From Geotalea daltonii FRC-32 (GTDB lineage Bacteria > Desulfobacterota > Desulfuromonadia > Geobacterales > Geobacteraceae), in NCBI RefSeq assembly GCF_000022265.1, contig NC_011979.1, forward strand, positions 4,080,001 to 4,112,000: a DNA stretch of 32,000 bases, given 5' to 3'. Below the pieces are notes generated by a model. That model saw only the letters and a list, made by a program, of their open reading frames with translations, was not told the origin of the DNA and did not search any database. Shown here piece by piece: positions 7,013 through 16,442 of the stretch. How positions within the stretch are numbered: the first letter of the stretch is position 1; every line of letters starts with the position of its first letter. A program made the position numbers and the translations under genes.

Positions 7013-10000
7013 TTAATCGCCTACACCCAAATTTCCCCTAGTGACAGACGAAGCACCAGTAACTGGATCGGTCGCCTGGATCCAAACTGTATAGTCTCCT
7101 TCCTCGCTCACAGCAAATCCATTGCCGGTTGCATCGGTGGCTTTCCATTCAATCTCATACTCTCCTGCCGGCTGGAGGACATGATCGACTAGAGTTATTC
7201 CTAATGCCGTTGGTGGCAGCATCTTTACCGTAATATATGCCTGCTTGGACACGGCATATTTCAATCTGGTGAACTGTCCATATGAGAAGTGCAGTTGATA
7301 AGGGTCAGTGCTGACATAGGTGATCTTTGGGGTGTTGCCGGTTGCAATGATGAAGTTCTCGGCAAGTAGGGAAGAAACCGAGCAAGACGCTGTGCCCCCG
7401 CCATTCAGCATGACGTTTAAGGGATTCCTCCCATCCCAATTGGTGGTATAGGTACCCGGAGTGTAGGGTATTGCATCGACTATCTTGAAGTTTTGGCTAC
7501 CCCATAGGATATTGATCGTGACGCGTTCTGGTTGAGTAACGGAGTAGGTAATTGGAAGAGGGACGTTCCTGCGTGGATAGTAATCCCCCTGGCTGCATGT
7601 GATGCTCCCCTGACCACTCGGCGGTAGCGGAGAGTAGCCGTCGGTTCTTGTCCCATCAGAGGCATTCAGTATATACAGATACGCCTCATCCAAAACGGTT
7701 TTGCCGGTCGAATCGGCACCATTCCAGGTATATGAATAACTGCCAGCGGTCAGACAGCTTATTGAAGCTTGGTACACCGGAGTACCATTGGTACCGAGCT
7801 TTTCCGGTATGACACTCAAAGTCACTGTTGCCGGGCTGTTGATGGTGAATGCTATGGTCGTAGATTCCCCTAAGGCTGTGTTTAACGTGTTCTGGCTGGC
7901 TGATATCGAGGAGAGGATCAGGTTATTCACGGTCACGGGTATAGCTGTTACTGCTCTGTTGCCGGCCTTATCTGTGGCAGTTATCTTCATCTGATACTCG
8001 CCATTCTCTAACCTGATCTCGTTTTTCAAATCATTGGTGATCCACACTGCCAGCGTACCTGAGGTGACTGGCATACTTGACGACGCGAAAAGAGTCCATT
8101 GCCCCGTGCCGGATGCTGCCCCATATTCCACTGTGTAAGTATCGAAATTGGTATCCGCAGCAGTTCCGGTAATGGTCGCCGTGTTCTGCAATACCCCGCC
8201 TGAAACAGGCGCTGTAATGGAAACAGTCGGCAGCGTGGTATCAACTTTTATGGTGCCTGTTTTAGGTGAAGCTCCCAGAGACGACACTGGATCAAGAGCA
8301 TTGAATGCATAGGTATATGTGTCGTTAGGCACAACCACACCTGCAGAATTACGGCCGTCCCAGGCCTGGCTGAACGCAGAGCTACCTTGAGTTGTAAGGG
8401 TCCTGACAACAGTACCGGTTGAGTTGCTTAACGTTACGGACCAATTGACCGGGTAGCTGGCCGTCGCGCTAAGTAGCGACGAATCCTTGGTACCATCGCC
8501 GTTCGGTGAAAGGTAAGTCTCCGACGAATTTGCATTCTGAATCCAGAGGAGCCTGATGCGTGCCGCTTTTACTGTTGCATTCCCGGCATTATCGGTGACG
8601 GTGAGGCGCAGGGTGTATACGCCTCCAGTGGCATTGGTGAGGTCCCAGGCATACAAAAGGTTACCTTGCACTGGAACTGTTGCGCTCCTAAGGGCACTCC
8701 AGGAAATCGGGTTGTCTCCTGCCCCATACTCAAGGGTGTAGTTCTTGAAATCGGTAGGATCGGAGGCGGTGCCGGTAACATTGACGATGGTCCCGCCGGA
8801 AAAGATCTGATCATCAGTCGGCACATCGAGAATGGCCACAGGAAGTTGGCGGAATACCTTTACGGTTCCTTGTAAGGGAGAGGCCGCTTCCAAAGTCGCA
8901 GGATTTACCGCTTCTATCTTGTAGGTATAATTTCCATCCGCTACTTTCACAGACTGGCTGTCTTCGCCAAACCATCTCTGACTGATGGAAGTGCCGGAGC
9001 CGGTGAAAATTCTGACGACGTTATTTCCGCTGTCGGTGATAGTGATGGTCCAGTTGGCATTGGCGGAGATGAATGCCCCGAAGGTGAGATAATCCCCATC
9101 AGGATTGAACGCTGCTGGCGAAACCTTGACATTGCTGAAAGTCACTCCAGTCCCTGGAGTCTGGCCAATCCAAGGATTGTAGAGTACCTTGTCGCTGACG
9201 CTGTTGCCGGTGCCGGAAGGGTTGCTTGCATGGGTTGGTCCGGAGTCTGCCCCCCACCAATTATTTCTTGCGTCAACATCTACAGTCGTGGAACTGTTCC
9301 ATACACCTGCGGTGGAATTGCCGTAGATTCGTGAATTGACGATGTAAGGGTTTGAAGAAGTGGCATAAACACCCCACTTGTTGGCTGTAACCGTGCAACC
9401 AACCACCTGAGGGATGTTTTGTGCACCATATACATAGATGCCGCTTCCGGCACTGTTTCTGATTGTGGAATTACGGATCACTGGCGAAGAAGAATTAAAG
9501 ACAACGTTTGCGTTATTGTAGTACCCTCCTGAGCCTCCGTATTCGACGACAATGTTATTCAATATACTGCCGCTGGCAGAGTCACCGGAGAAGGTTATAC
9601 CCGACCAGCTTCCGGCAGTAGGCGTACCCTGACTGGAAGTAAAGGTGATCGCTGCCGTCCCTCCATCGGCAATGATGGACCCCCTGGAAGATCCCGAACC
9701 AATCTGCAGCGAGGTGTTTGTGTTAAATTTCACCACGACTCCCGGATCGATGGTCAGGGTAGCGGTGGTGACGGTGTCCTTAAAAACATAGACATTGCCG
9801 AGAACAATATATGGTGCTACCCACTTCTTCCAAAGAGTGTTTTGCGTCAGATACTCCCCGACAACCTCGATTTTGCCGGTTGCGGTAAGTCCGCTGAAGG
9901 TGTTTTCAGACAAAATCCGGTTTATCAAGGCAGCCCCTGCATGGGGTGGCGAATTATCCCCATTGCTGAAGGTATTGCCGGTGATGGTAGGGGTGATGCC

Positions 10001-13000
10001 GGTGGATGCGAGGTAGATGCCATTGGCAATGGTTGAATTCGTGACTGACAACATTGAAGTGGAACTGTTCAGGTAAAGGCCGTACTTGCCAGTGCTATTG
10101 ACGATGGAGACGCTGTAATTGGAAACTGTTGGAGAGCCGCTTCCGTAAATGCCATGACCGGTGGTGTTGGTATTGGTTAAGCTGCCACCGGTAATGATGG
10201 GCGATGAGGCAGAAAGATTGATACCGTAGCTGCCGTTGTTGGTAAGAGTGACATTCTCCAGCACCGGGTTACTATTAGAAAAGCTAGCATAGCCCGTCAT
10301 GTCTGTTATGGTGCAGTTTCTAAAAACAGGTGAAGCGGAGTTGATACTAAAGCCGGTGGTATATTGAATGTCGGCAATTTCGATTACTGATGTTGCATCC
10401 ACAGTGCCGTCATAATAGGTAAGGCCTGCCCATGTACCGCTGATGCCGCTTCGGGTGAAGGTGATACGATTTGATGGTGTTCCCTGGGCTATCAATGCCC
10501 CCTGGTTCGTGCCACTGCCGATCTGAAGTCCGGTGCTGGTCGCAAACTTGATGACGGTTCCCGGTGCAATGGTCAAGGTCGAGGCGGTTGTCGTGGTGTT
10601 GTAGACGGAAACAGTGCCGGAGACCACGTGATACGGAGCTGCCAGTGGGCTCCAGGTTACATTACGGTTCACCTGTTCGCCCACGATCTCGATTCTGCCG
10701 CCTGAAGTAAGGCCAGTTAGGGCGTTGTTGGCTATAAGCTGCCCGACTATGTTCGCCCCTACATGGATCGGAGAGCTATCCAGATTAGTGAAGGTATTGC
10801 CGGTAACGGTCGGGGTAATGCCGGTGGATGCGAGGTAGATGCCATTGGCAATGGTTGAGTTCGTGACTGACAACATTGAAGTGGAACTGTTCAGGTAAAG
10901 GCCGTACTTGCCAGTGCTATTGACCATAGAGACATTGTAATTCGTAATGACCGGTGCCCCGTTGCCATAAATACCATGGCCGGTGGTGTTGGTGTTGGTG
11001 TTGGTTAGGCTGCCACCGGTAATGATGGGCGATGAGGCAGAAAGATTGATACCGTAGCTGCCGTTGTTGGTAAGAGTGACATTCTCCAGCACCGGGTTAC
11101 TATTAGAAAAGCTAGCATAGCCCGTCATGTCTGTTATGGTGCAGTTTCTAAAAACAGGTGAAGCGGAGTTGATACTAAAGCCGGTGGTATATTGGATGTC
11201 GGCATTCTCGATTACTGATGTTGCATCCACAGCCCCGTCATAATAGGTAAGGCCTGCCCATGTACCGCTAGTGCCGCTCCGGGTAAATGTAATCCTTTCC
11301 GTCGTCGTCCCTTTTGCGATTAGTGCCCCTTGATTGGCACCACTTCCTATGTATAGCCCGCTACCGCCTGCAAATAATTTAATTGTTGTTCCTGGCTCGA
11401 TAGTCAGAGTAGCAGGCGAAATGGTATCTTTGTATACGTAAATGGCTCCTGAAATCACATAAGGCGCAATCTGTTTCCGCCACAGTGTGTCCCTGTTTAT
11501 CTGCTCGCCTACCACCTCGATCTTGCCGGCAAAGGTCTGGCCGGTCAGGGTGTTGTTGGCGATGATCTGGGCAATGATATTGGCTCCCGCATGAAGGGGG
11601 GAGTTATCTAAATTAGTGAAGGTGTTGCCGGTGATAGTCGGAGTAATGCCGGTGGAGCCAAAGTATATGCCATTGGCGATGATAGAGTTGGTAACACTGA
11701 GGGCTGAGGTCGTACTGCCGAGGTAAAGACCATACTTGCCGGCACTGTTGACGATGGAGACGCTGTAATTGGAAATTGTTGGGGAGCCGCTGCCATAAAT
11801 GCCATGGCCGGTGGTGCTGGTGTTGGTTAAGCTGCCGCCGGTAATGATGGGCGAGGAATTCGAAAGGTAGAGGCCATAGCTGCCATTGTTGGTGATGGCA
11901 ACATTCTCCATGATCGGATTGGCGGAAGAAAGATTAATCCCATATCCCGTTACGTCTGTTATGGTGGAGGTTTTGATTGTAGGAGAAGCAGATGTGATAC
12001 TCAACCCGCTATTGTACTGGACATCGGCGTTTTCGATGACGGTTATGGCATCAACAGTGCCGTCTTGGAAGGCGATGGTTCCCCAAGTCCCGGTTGTGCT
12101 GCTTCGGGTGAAGGTAATTCTCTCTGTCGTCGTCCCTCTGGCGATGAGTGCTCCCTGGCTTGTACCGTTGCCAATCTGGAGCCCGGTATTCGGGGCAAAT
12201 TTGATCATGGTGCCTGGTGCAATGGTTAAGGTAGAGGGGATGGCCGTCGTATTGTAAACCGAGACCGTGCCGGAGACTACCCAGTAAGGAGCAACCAACT
12301 TGTTCCACGTTGTGTCCTGGGAAACCTGCTCGCCCATGACCTCGACCCTGCCCGTGGAAGCAAGGCCGGTCAGGGTGTTGTTGGCGATGATCTGGGCAAT
12401 GATATTGGCTCCCGCATGCAGGGGCGAATTATCCAGATTGGTGAAGGTATTGCCGGTAACGGTCGGGGTAATGCCGGTGGATGCGAGGTAGATGCCATTG
12501 GCAATGGTTGAGTTCGTGACTGACAACATTGAAGTGGAACTGTTCAGGTAAAGGCCGTACTTGCCAGTGCTATTGACCATAGAGACATTGTAATTCGTAA
12601 TGACCGGTGCCCCGTTGCCATAAATACCCTGACCGGTGGTGTTGGTATTGGTTAAGCTGCCACCGGTAATGATGGGCGATGAGGAGTTCAGGTAGATGCC
12701 GTAGCTGCCGTTGTTGGTAAGAGTGACATTCTCCAGCACCGGGTTACTATTAGAAAAGCTAGCATAGCCCGTCATGTCTGTTATGGTGCAGTTTCTAAAA
12801 ACAGGTGAAGCGGAGTTGATACTAAAGCCGGTGGTATATTGGATGTCGGCATTTTCGATTACTGATGTTGCATCCACAGTGCCGTCATAATAGGTAAGGC
12901 CTGCCCATGTACCGGTTGTGCCGCTTCGGGTGAAGATAATTCTCTCTGTCGTCGTCCCTCTGGCGATGAGTGCTCCCTGACTGGCACCACTTCCTATGTA

Positions 13001-14107
13001 TAGCCCGCTGCCGCCTGCAAATTTAATAGCCGTACCAGGCTCGATGGTCAGGGTAGCAGGGGAAATGGTATCTTTGTATACGTAAATGGCTCCTGAAATC
13101 ACATAAGGGGCAATCTGTTTCCACCACAGTGTGTCCCTGTTTATCTGCTCGCCTACCACCTCGATCTTGCCGGCAAAGGTCTGGCCGGTCAGGGTGTTGT
13201 TGGCGATGATCTGGGCAATGATGTTGGCTCCCGCATGAAGGGGGGAGTTATCTAAATTAGTGAAGGTGTTGCCGGTGATAGTCGGAGTAATGCCGGTGGA
13301 GCCAAAGTATATGCCATTGGCGATGATAGAGTTGGTAACACTGAGGGCTGAGGTCGTACTGCCGAGGTAAAGACCATACTTGCCGGCACTGTTGACGATG
13401 GAGACGCTGTAATTGGAAATTGTTGGAGAGCCGCTGCCATAAATGCCATGGCCGGTGGTGCTGGTGTTGGTTAAGCTGCCGCCGGTAATGATGGGCGAGG
13501 AATTCGAAAGGTAGAGGCCATAGCTGCCATTGTTGGTGATGGCAACATTCTCCATGATCGGATTGGCGGAAGAAAGATTAATCCCATATCCCGTTACGTC
13601 TGTTATGGTGGAGGTTTTGATTGTGGGAGAAGCAGATGTGATACTCAACCCGCTATTGTACTGGACATCGGCGTTTTCGATGACGGTTATGGCATCGACA
13701 GTGCCGTCTTGGAAGGCGATGGTTCCCCACGTCCCGGTTGTGCCGCTTCGGGTGAAGGTAATTCTCTCTGTCGTCGTCCCTCTGGCGATGAGTGCTCCCT
13801 GACTGGCACCACTTCCTATCTGCAATACGGTATTGGAAGCAAATTTAACCACAACGCCAGGTTCTATGGTGAGGGTAGCTGCTGTGGTACTGGTCCCATA
13901 CACCTGAACAGTTGAAGTGACATTATAAGGGCTACCGGCCAGAGTCCAGGTTGTATCCGTGGAAATGACACCTCCCACCGTAGTATCTGCAAAAGACGGC
14001 AGAGCATGACTTATCAGAATGAACAAAAAGAAAAGGAGTGTTTTGAGTCCCTTCACCACACCCTCCTGTAAGGTTATTTGATTTAGAACTATTTTGACGG
14101 CATACAC
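7013..14107 (-). CDS. Giant secreted/surface protein: about six tandem parallel-beta-helix modules followed by FlgD-Ig-like and other Ig-like domains
   Basis: 2364-aa ORF. The likely true start is the GTG at 14054-14056, which lies 5 nt after AGGAGG (14062-14067, reverse strand). That start gives the signal peptide M-KGLKTLLFFLFILISHALPSFA/DTT. The modules begin with W..APY...G.V.V......LTIEPG..IKFA....L.IGSG.SQGALIA.GTT.ERI.FT. They continue with short N/S/T/G-rich beta-helix rungs (NNGSYGLYL, SPIITGG). The C-terminal third (about 7013-9165) has repeated FlgD-Ig-type signatures such as SPAAFNPDGDYLTF...WTITITDSGNNVVRIF...WFGEDSQSVKVADGNYTYKIEA and LSPNGDGTKDSS...WDGRNSAGVVVPNDTYTY. Confidence 0.95.
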   Translation of the reverse strand: MYAVKIVLNQITLQEGVVKGLKTLLFFLFILISHALPSFADTTVGGVISTDTTWTLAGSPYNVTSTVQVYGTSTTAATLTIEPGVVVKFASNTVLQIGSGASQGALIARGTTTERITFTRSGTTGTWGTIAFQDGTVDAITVIENADVQYNSGLSITSASPTIKTSTITDVTGYGINLSSANPIMENVAITNNGSYGLYLSNSSPIITGGSLTNTSTTGHGIYGSGSPTISNYSVSIVNSAGKYGLYLGSTTSALSVTNSIIANGIYFGSTGITPTITGNTFTNLDNSPLHAGANIIAQIIANNTLTGQTFAGKIEVVGEQINRDTLWWKQIAPYVISGAIYVYKDTISPATLTIEPGTAIKFAGGSGLYIGSGASQGALIARGTTTERIIFTRSGTTGTWAGLTYYDGTVDATSVIENADIQYTTGFSINSASPVFRNCTITDMTGYASFSNSNPVLENVTLTNNGSYGIYLNSSSPIITGGSLTNTNTTGQGIYGNGAPVITNYNVSMVNSTGKYGLYLNSSTSMLSVTNSTIANGIYLASTGITPTVTGNTFTNLDNSPLHAGANIIAQIIANNTLTGLASTGRVEVMGEQVSQDTTWNKLVAPYWVVSGTVSVYNTTAIPSTLTIAPGTMIKFAPNTGLQIGNGTSQGALIARGTTTERITFTRSSTTGTWGTIAFQDGTVDAITVIENADVQYNSGLSITSASPTIKTSTITDVTGYGINLSSANPIMENVAITNNGSYGLYLSNSSPIITGGSLTNTSTTGHGIYGSGSPTISNYSVSIVNSAGKYGLYLGSTTSALSVTNSIIANGIYFGSTGITPTITGNTFTNLDNSPLHAGANIIAQIIANNTLTGQTFAGKIEVVGEQINRDTLWRKQIAPYVISGAIYVYKDTISPATLTIEPGTTIKLFAGGSGLYIGSGANQGALIAKGTTTERITFTRSGTSGTWAGLTYYDGAVDATSVIENADIQYTTGFSINSASPVFRNCTITDMTGYASFSNSNPVLENVTLTNNGSYGINLSASSPIITGGSLTNTNTNTTGHGIYGNGAPVITNYNVSMVNSTGKYGLYLNSSTSMLSVTNSTIANGIYLASTGITPTVTGNTFTNLDSSPIHVGANIVGQLIANNALTGLTSGGRIEIVGEQVNRNVTWSPLAAPYHVVSGTVSVYNTTTTASTLTIAPGTVIKFATSTGLQIGSGTNQGALIAQGTPSNRITFTRSGISGTWAGLTYYDGTVDATSVIEIADIQYTTGFSINSASPVFRNCTITDMTGYASFSNSNPVLENVTLTNNGSYGINLSASSPIITGGSLTNTNTTGHGIYGSGSPTVSNYSVSIVNSTGKYGLYLNSSTSMLSVTNSTIANGIYLASTGITPTITGNTFSNGDNSPPHAGAALINRILSENTFSGLTATGKIEVVGEYLTQNTLWKKWVAPYIVLGNVYVFKDTVTTATLTIDPGVVVKFNTNTSLQIGSGSSRGSIIADGGTAAITFTSSQGTPTAGSWSGITFSGDSASGSILNNIVVEYGGSGGYYNNANVVFNSSSPVIRNSTIRNSAGSGIYVYGAQNIPQVVGCTVTANKWGVYATSSNPYIVNSRIYGNSTAGVWNSSTTVDVDARNNWWGADSGPTHASNPSGTGNSVSDKVLYNPWIGQTPGTGVTFSNVKVSPAAFNPDGDYLTFGAFISANANWTITITDSGNNVVRIFTGSGTSISQRWFGEDSQSVKVADGNYTYKIEAVNPATLEAASPLQGTVKVFRQLPVAILDVPTDDQIFSGGTIVNVTGTASDPTDFKNYTLEYGAGDNPISWSALRSATVPVQGNLLYAWDLTNATGGVYTLRLTVTDNAGNATVKAARIRLLWIQNANSSETYLSPNGDGTKDSSLLSATASYPVNWSVTLSNSTGTVVRTLTTQGSSAFSQAWDGRNSAGVVVPNDTYTYAFNALDPVSSLGASPKTGTIKVDTTLPTVSITAPVSGGVLQNTATITGTAADTNFDTYTVEYGAASGTGQWTLFASSSMPVTSGTLAVWITNDLKNEIRLENGEYQMKITATDKAGNRAVTAIPVTVNNLILSSISASQNTLNTALGESTTIAFTINSPATVTLSVIPEKLGTNGTPVYQASISCLTAGSYSYTWNGADSTGKTVLDEAYLYILNASDGTRTDGYSPLPPSGQGSITCSQGDYYPRRNVPLPITYSVTQPERVTINILWGSQNFKIVDAIPYTPGTYTTNWDGRNPLNVMLNGGGTASCSVSSLLAENFIIATGNTPKITYVSTDPYQLHFSYGQFTRLKYAVSKQAYITVKMLPPTALGITLVDHVLQPAGEYEIEWKATDATGNGFAVSEEGDYTVWIQATDPVTGASSVTRGNLGVGD
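9830..13950 (-). repeat. Intragenic tandem array of ~822-nt (~274-aa) beta-helix modules, with a ~1644/1653-nt super-period at near identity
   Basis: The module-initial Trp codons fall at about 13948, 13126, 12304, 11482, 10651 and 9832. Shadow ORFs 13252-13449 and 11608-11805 differ by one residue. Shadow ORFs 13530-13802 and 11886-12257 are also nearly identical. A third B-type copy lies one module (822 nt) below the second (10001 versus 10823). Confidence 0.9.
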
Positions 14108-14136
14108 AATAATGCTGAGAAAATCAATATTAATGG

Positions 14137-14181
14137 ACTGTAAAATTTCTTTACAGTTGTAAAAAATTTTTACAGTTGTAA
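14137..14181. promoter_or_regulatory. Operator-like palindrome cluster upstream of the giant gene
   Basis: ACTGTAAA (14137-14144) and TTTACAGT (14150-14157) form an 8-bp inverted repeat. The 5+2+5 palindrome TTACAGTTGTAA occurs twice, at 14151-14162 and 14170-14181, with a 19-bp period. All lie in an AT-rich region 30-75 nt upstream of the ATG at 14107. Function is not established. Confidence 0.35.
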
Positions 14182-14412
14182 GTATTCCTTTTTTGATTTA
14201 AATAGTTAGCTATAGCAAAAAACAAGGACTTGATTCAAAAATTTGACTTCATTGGAAAGAAATAATCTTTAAGTGTGATTTATCAAACATAATAGCTGGC
14301 ATAGGAAAGGAATTTTAGTTAATTGTCTCAGATGGTGCTTTTTTAGAAGCCTTAGCTTTGTGCCGCACGGTTGCCCGTGCTTTACAATGATTTTTTACCA
14401 AATGCGACAATG

Positions 14413-14456
14413 TAAATAAAAAAGTGGGTGCGAGATATTCTATCCCACACCCACTT
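14413..14456 (-). terminator. Rho-independent terminator, probably of glmS
   Basis: The stem is AAGTGGGTG (14422-14430) pairing with CACCCACTT (14448-14456). On the minus strand it is followed by TTTTTTATTT. It lies ~120 nt after the glmS stop codon. Confidence 0.7.
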
Positions 14457-14576
14457 CACGACTTTCAATATACCAAATGATTTTTGAGTAAAGCAGTGGC
14501 CGTAAGCCACCACACCTTCAGTTCCCTGCTTTATTTTTCACGATCAAACAAACCATCATCAAAGCAGAATGCGCCT

Positions 14577-16406
<1,830 letters not shown>

Positions 16407-16442
16407 TTCGAACTCCGTTAGAACATAGAACTTAGAACCGTC

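Noticed and set aside
9795-13915. Periodic near-identical repeats that could superficially suggest a CRISPR array or an IS cluster, plus many shadow ORFs (for example 11608-11805, 11886-12257, 13252-13449, 13530-13802)
   Set aside because: The period is ~822/1644 nt, not ~60-70 nt. There are no unique spacers. The whole region is one uninterrupted 2364-codon reading frame on the minus strand. The repeats are protein modules.
14363-14378. Hairpin GCACGG-TTGC-CCGTGC, followed by a T-rich run on the plus strand, as a plus-strand terminator or small RNA
   Set aside because: No plus-strand gene lies upstream of it, and the stem is only 6 bp. It is noted only as possible structure within the cassette's upstream region.
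14108-14576. Tn7-like element at the glmS attachment site
   Set aside because: No TnsABCD-like genes or recognisable Tn7 end repeats are present. The probable native glmS terminator (14413-14456) lies between glmS and the cassette, so this is not an insertion at the canonical position ~25 bp after the stop codon. Only the general point that the glmS flank is a hot spot is kept.
16407-16442. glmS ribozyme or riboswitch upstream of glmS
   Set aside because: Only 36 nt separate glmU and glmS, which is far too short. That ribozyme class is also characteristic of Gram-positive lineages.
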